This document shows, in pieces, positions 62,693 to 64,000 of a DNA stretch of 64,000 nucleotides; the stretch's first letter is position 1; every line of letters begins with the position of its first letter. The stretch covers positions 62,064 through 126,063 of the IMG/VR virus record IMGVR_UViG_3300033146_000850; one strand, given 5' to 3'. The notes under the pieces are model-generated. The model was not told the origin of the DNA and made no database searches. It saw nothing but the letters and a program-made list of their open reading frames with translations. Position numbers and translations under genes: made by a program. This DNA is from a virus.

Positions 62693-63244
62693 ATGTCAAA
62701 TGTAGGAATAGATTCACTAGATGAATTATTACAATCGGCTAAAGACAGGTCGTATAAACCTAAGAAGAATATAGATAAAAGAAATGATTTAAATTTTTCA
62801 GAGGAAGAAATTGATAAATTAAGAAAGGAAACCCTTGATAAAATTGATGCTCACGTTAAAAAGATGAAATCTGAGGTCAATAAGGATGGTCTTGCTGATT
62901 ATATGTTGGAAAATAGAATAGAATTATTGGAACAAAGTAAATATATGCTTAATGAATATATGGTAACGATATTAACGAATTTAGCAAGTAGTTCAAGAGC
63001 GTTTGAAGTTTTGGCTAAAATGATGGATACTGTTGCTAGTATAAATAATAGTGTTGTTAATATTAATTCAGATAAAGCTAAAGTTAAAGATAAAGATAGG
63101 GAACGAAAATTGATTGAAAATACAACTAGTATTATTGGTGATATTGTTCAGAGTAATATTTCTACGGTGTTAGAGCAAAATAAATTCAAAGATAAAAATG
63201 CTGGAGATATTACTGTTATTGATAAAAATGGAACTGATAAATAG
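62693..63244 (+). CDS. probable terminase small subunit
   Basis: SSRAFEVLAKMM resembles gp16 PRAYEV; directly upstream of the large subunit. Confidence 0.65.
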   Translation: MSNVGIDSLDELLQSAKDRSYKPKKNIDKRNDLNFSEEEIDKLRKETLDKIDAHVKKMKSEVNKDGLADYMLENRIELLEQSKYMLNEYMVTILTNLASSSRAFEVLAKMMDTVASINNSVVNINSDKAKVKDKDRERKLIENTTSIIGDIVQSNISTVLEQNKFKDKNAGDITVIDKNGTDK

Positions 63245-63283
63245 AGAATGGGTTTTTAATATATTGTACCATAGGAGCTATAA

Positions 63284-63925
63284 ATGATAGACGATTATGA
63301 AGATATTGTTGATGAATCTGAAATATCATTAATTCAAGAGCGTGATAGATTAGAGCGTGAAGAGATAAAACAAAAAAAAATTCGTGAAGTAGAAGATAAG
63401 ATTAGGCAAATACAAGAAGAAGAGATGAAACAAGAGGCTGAAATTGAGGCGATGGATGATTTTTTCAACTTGTTGGCTAAGGAAGATTTAAATTTTACAC
63501 TAACACGTAGAAAACCTGATTTAGAAGATATTACTCATGATATTACAGGTAAAGAACTAACATATGATAGAAACCATATTAGAAAACCTGCTGATGTTAA
63601 ATTAGCATTGACCCCTGAACACGTTAAAGAATTGAATTTTTGTTTGAATAATCCTGTTTATACTATAAAAAATTATGTCAAAATTATTAATCAGGATAAA
63701 GGTCTTATGGATTTTAATACTTATGATTATCAATCAGAGTTTATTAAGGAATGCTTGAGACATAAAAGAGTGCTTTCGTGCTGGCCCAGACAAAGTGGTA
63801 AATGTGTGGAGTATTCAACTAAAATTAAATATATTAAAATTCCAACAAGTTTTTTTAAAAAATTAATATATAAATTTATTAATTTTGTTTCTCCAACATT
63901 TTTTGATATTGTTATTATTGATTAA
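63284..63925 (+). CDS. gp17: terminase large subunit N-extein plus putative split-intein N-fragment
   Basis: CLNNPVY.IKNYVKII...GLM.F..YDYQ...PRQSGK, then CVEYSTKI... and a stop 40 aa later. Confidence 0.85.
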   Translation: MIDDYEDIVDESEISLIQERDRLEREEIKQKKIREVEDKIRQIQEEEMKQEAEIEAMDDFFNLLAKEDLNFTLTRRKPDLEDITHDITGKELTYDRNHIRKPADVKLALTPEHVKELNFCLNNPVYTIKNYVKIINQDKGLMDFNTYDYQSEFIKECLRHKRVLSCWPRQSGKCVEYSTKIKYIKIPTSFFKKLIYKFINFVSPTFFDIVIID

Positions 63926-64000
63926 TGTAATCTTTTATTTCATTGAATAATTTATTTATAGCATCATTAAATATATCAATGTTTTCAAATATATTCTGTT
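63915..64000 (-). CDS. C-terminal end of a convergent gene (partial)
   Basis: Open frame ...QNIFENIDIFNDAINKLFNEIKDYINQ* entering from the window edge. Confidence 0.45.
   Translation of the reverse strand, partial: QNIFENIDIFNDAINKLFNEIKDYINQ

Noticed and set aside
1-64000. Alternative genetic code (stop reassignment)
   Set aside because: Core genes are full length in code 11 and end in TAA, TAG or TGA; the CCA halves are in different frames, so readthrough would not join them

Overview
AT-rich segment of a large T4-like (gp23/gp18/gp55-type) contractile-tailed dsDNA phage. It holds baseplate genes (gp6, gp7-like, gp48, gp53, hub, gp5), head genes (gp20, gp21, gp22, gp23, gp4, gp2) and tail/neck genes (gp3, gp18, gp13, gp15). 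It also holds gp47, the gp55 late sigma factor, an NAD-dependent ligase, dUTPase, GroES, an amidase, a Hef-like endonuclease and the start of the terminase genes. A 1.1-kb repeat-rich non-coding region at about 37 kb looks like a replication origin. The most notable items are: (1) an early-promoter operon with an unannotated ~195-nt three-helix structured RNA, tRNA-Leu, a 623-aa helical/TerD-like protein and a D-arm-less CCA-ending tRNA-like element; (2) a CCA-adding enzyme split cleanly into two genes around a 64-aa ORF; (3) a terminase large subunit that ends in a 40-aa putative split-intein N-fragment. All calls come from reading motifs by eye; no database searches were run.
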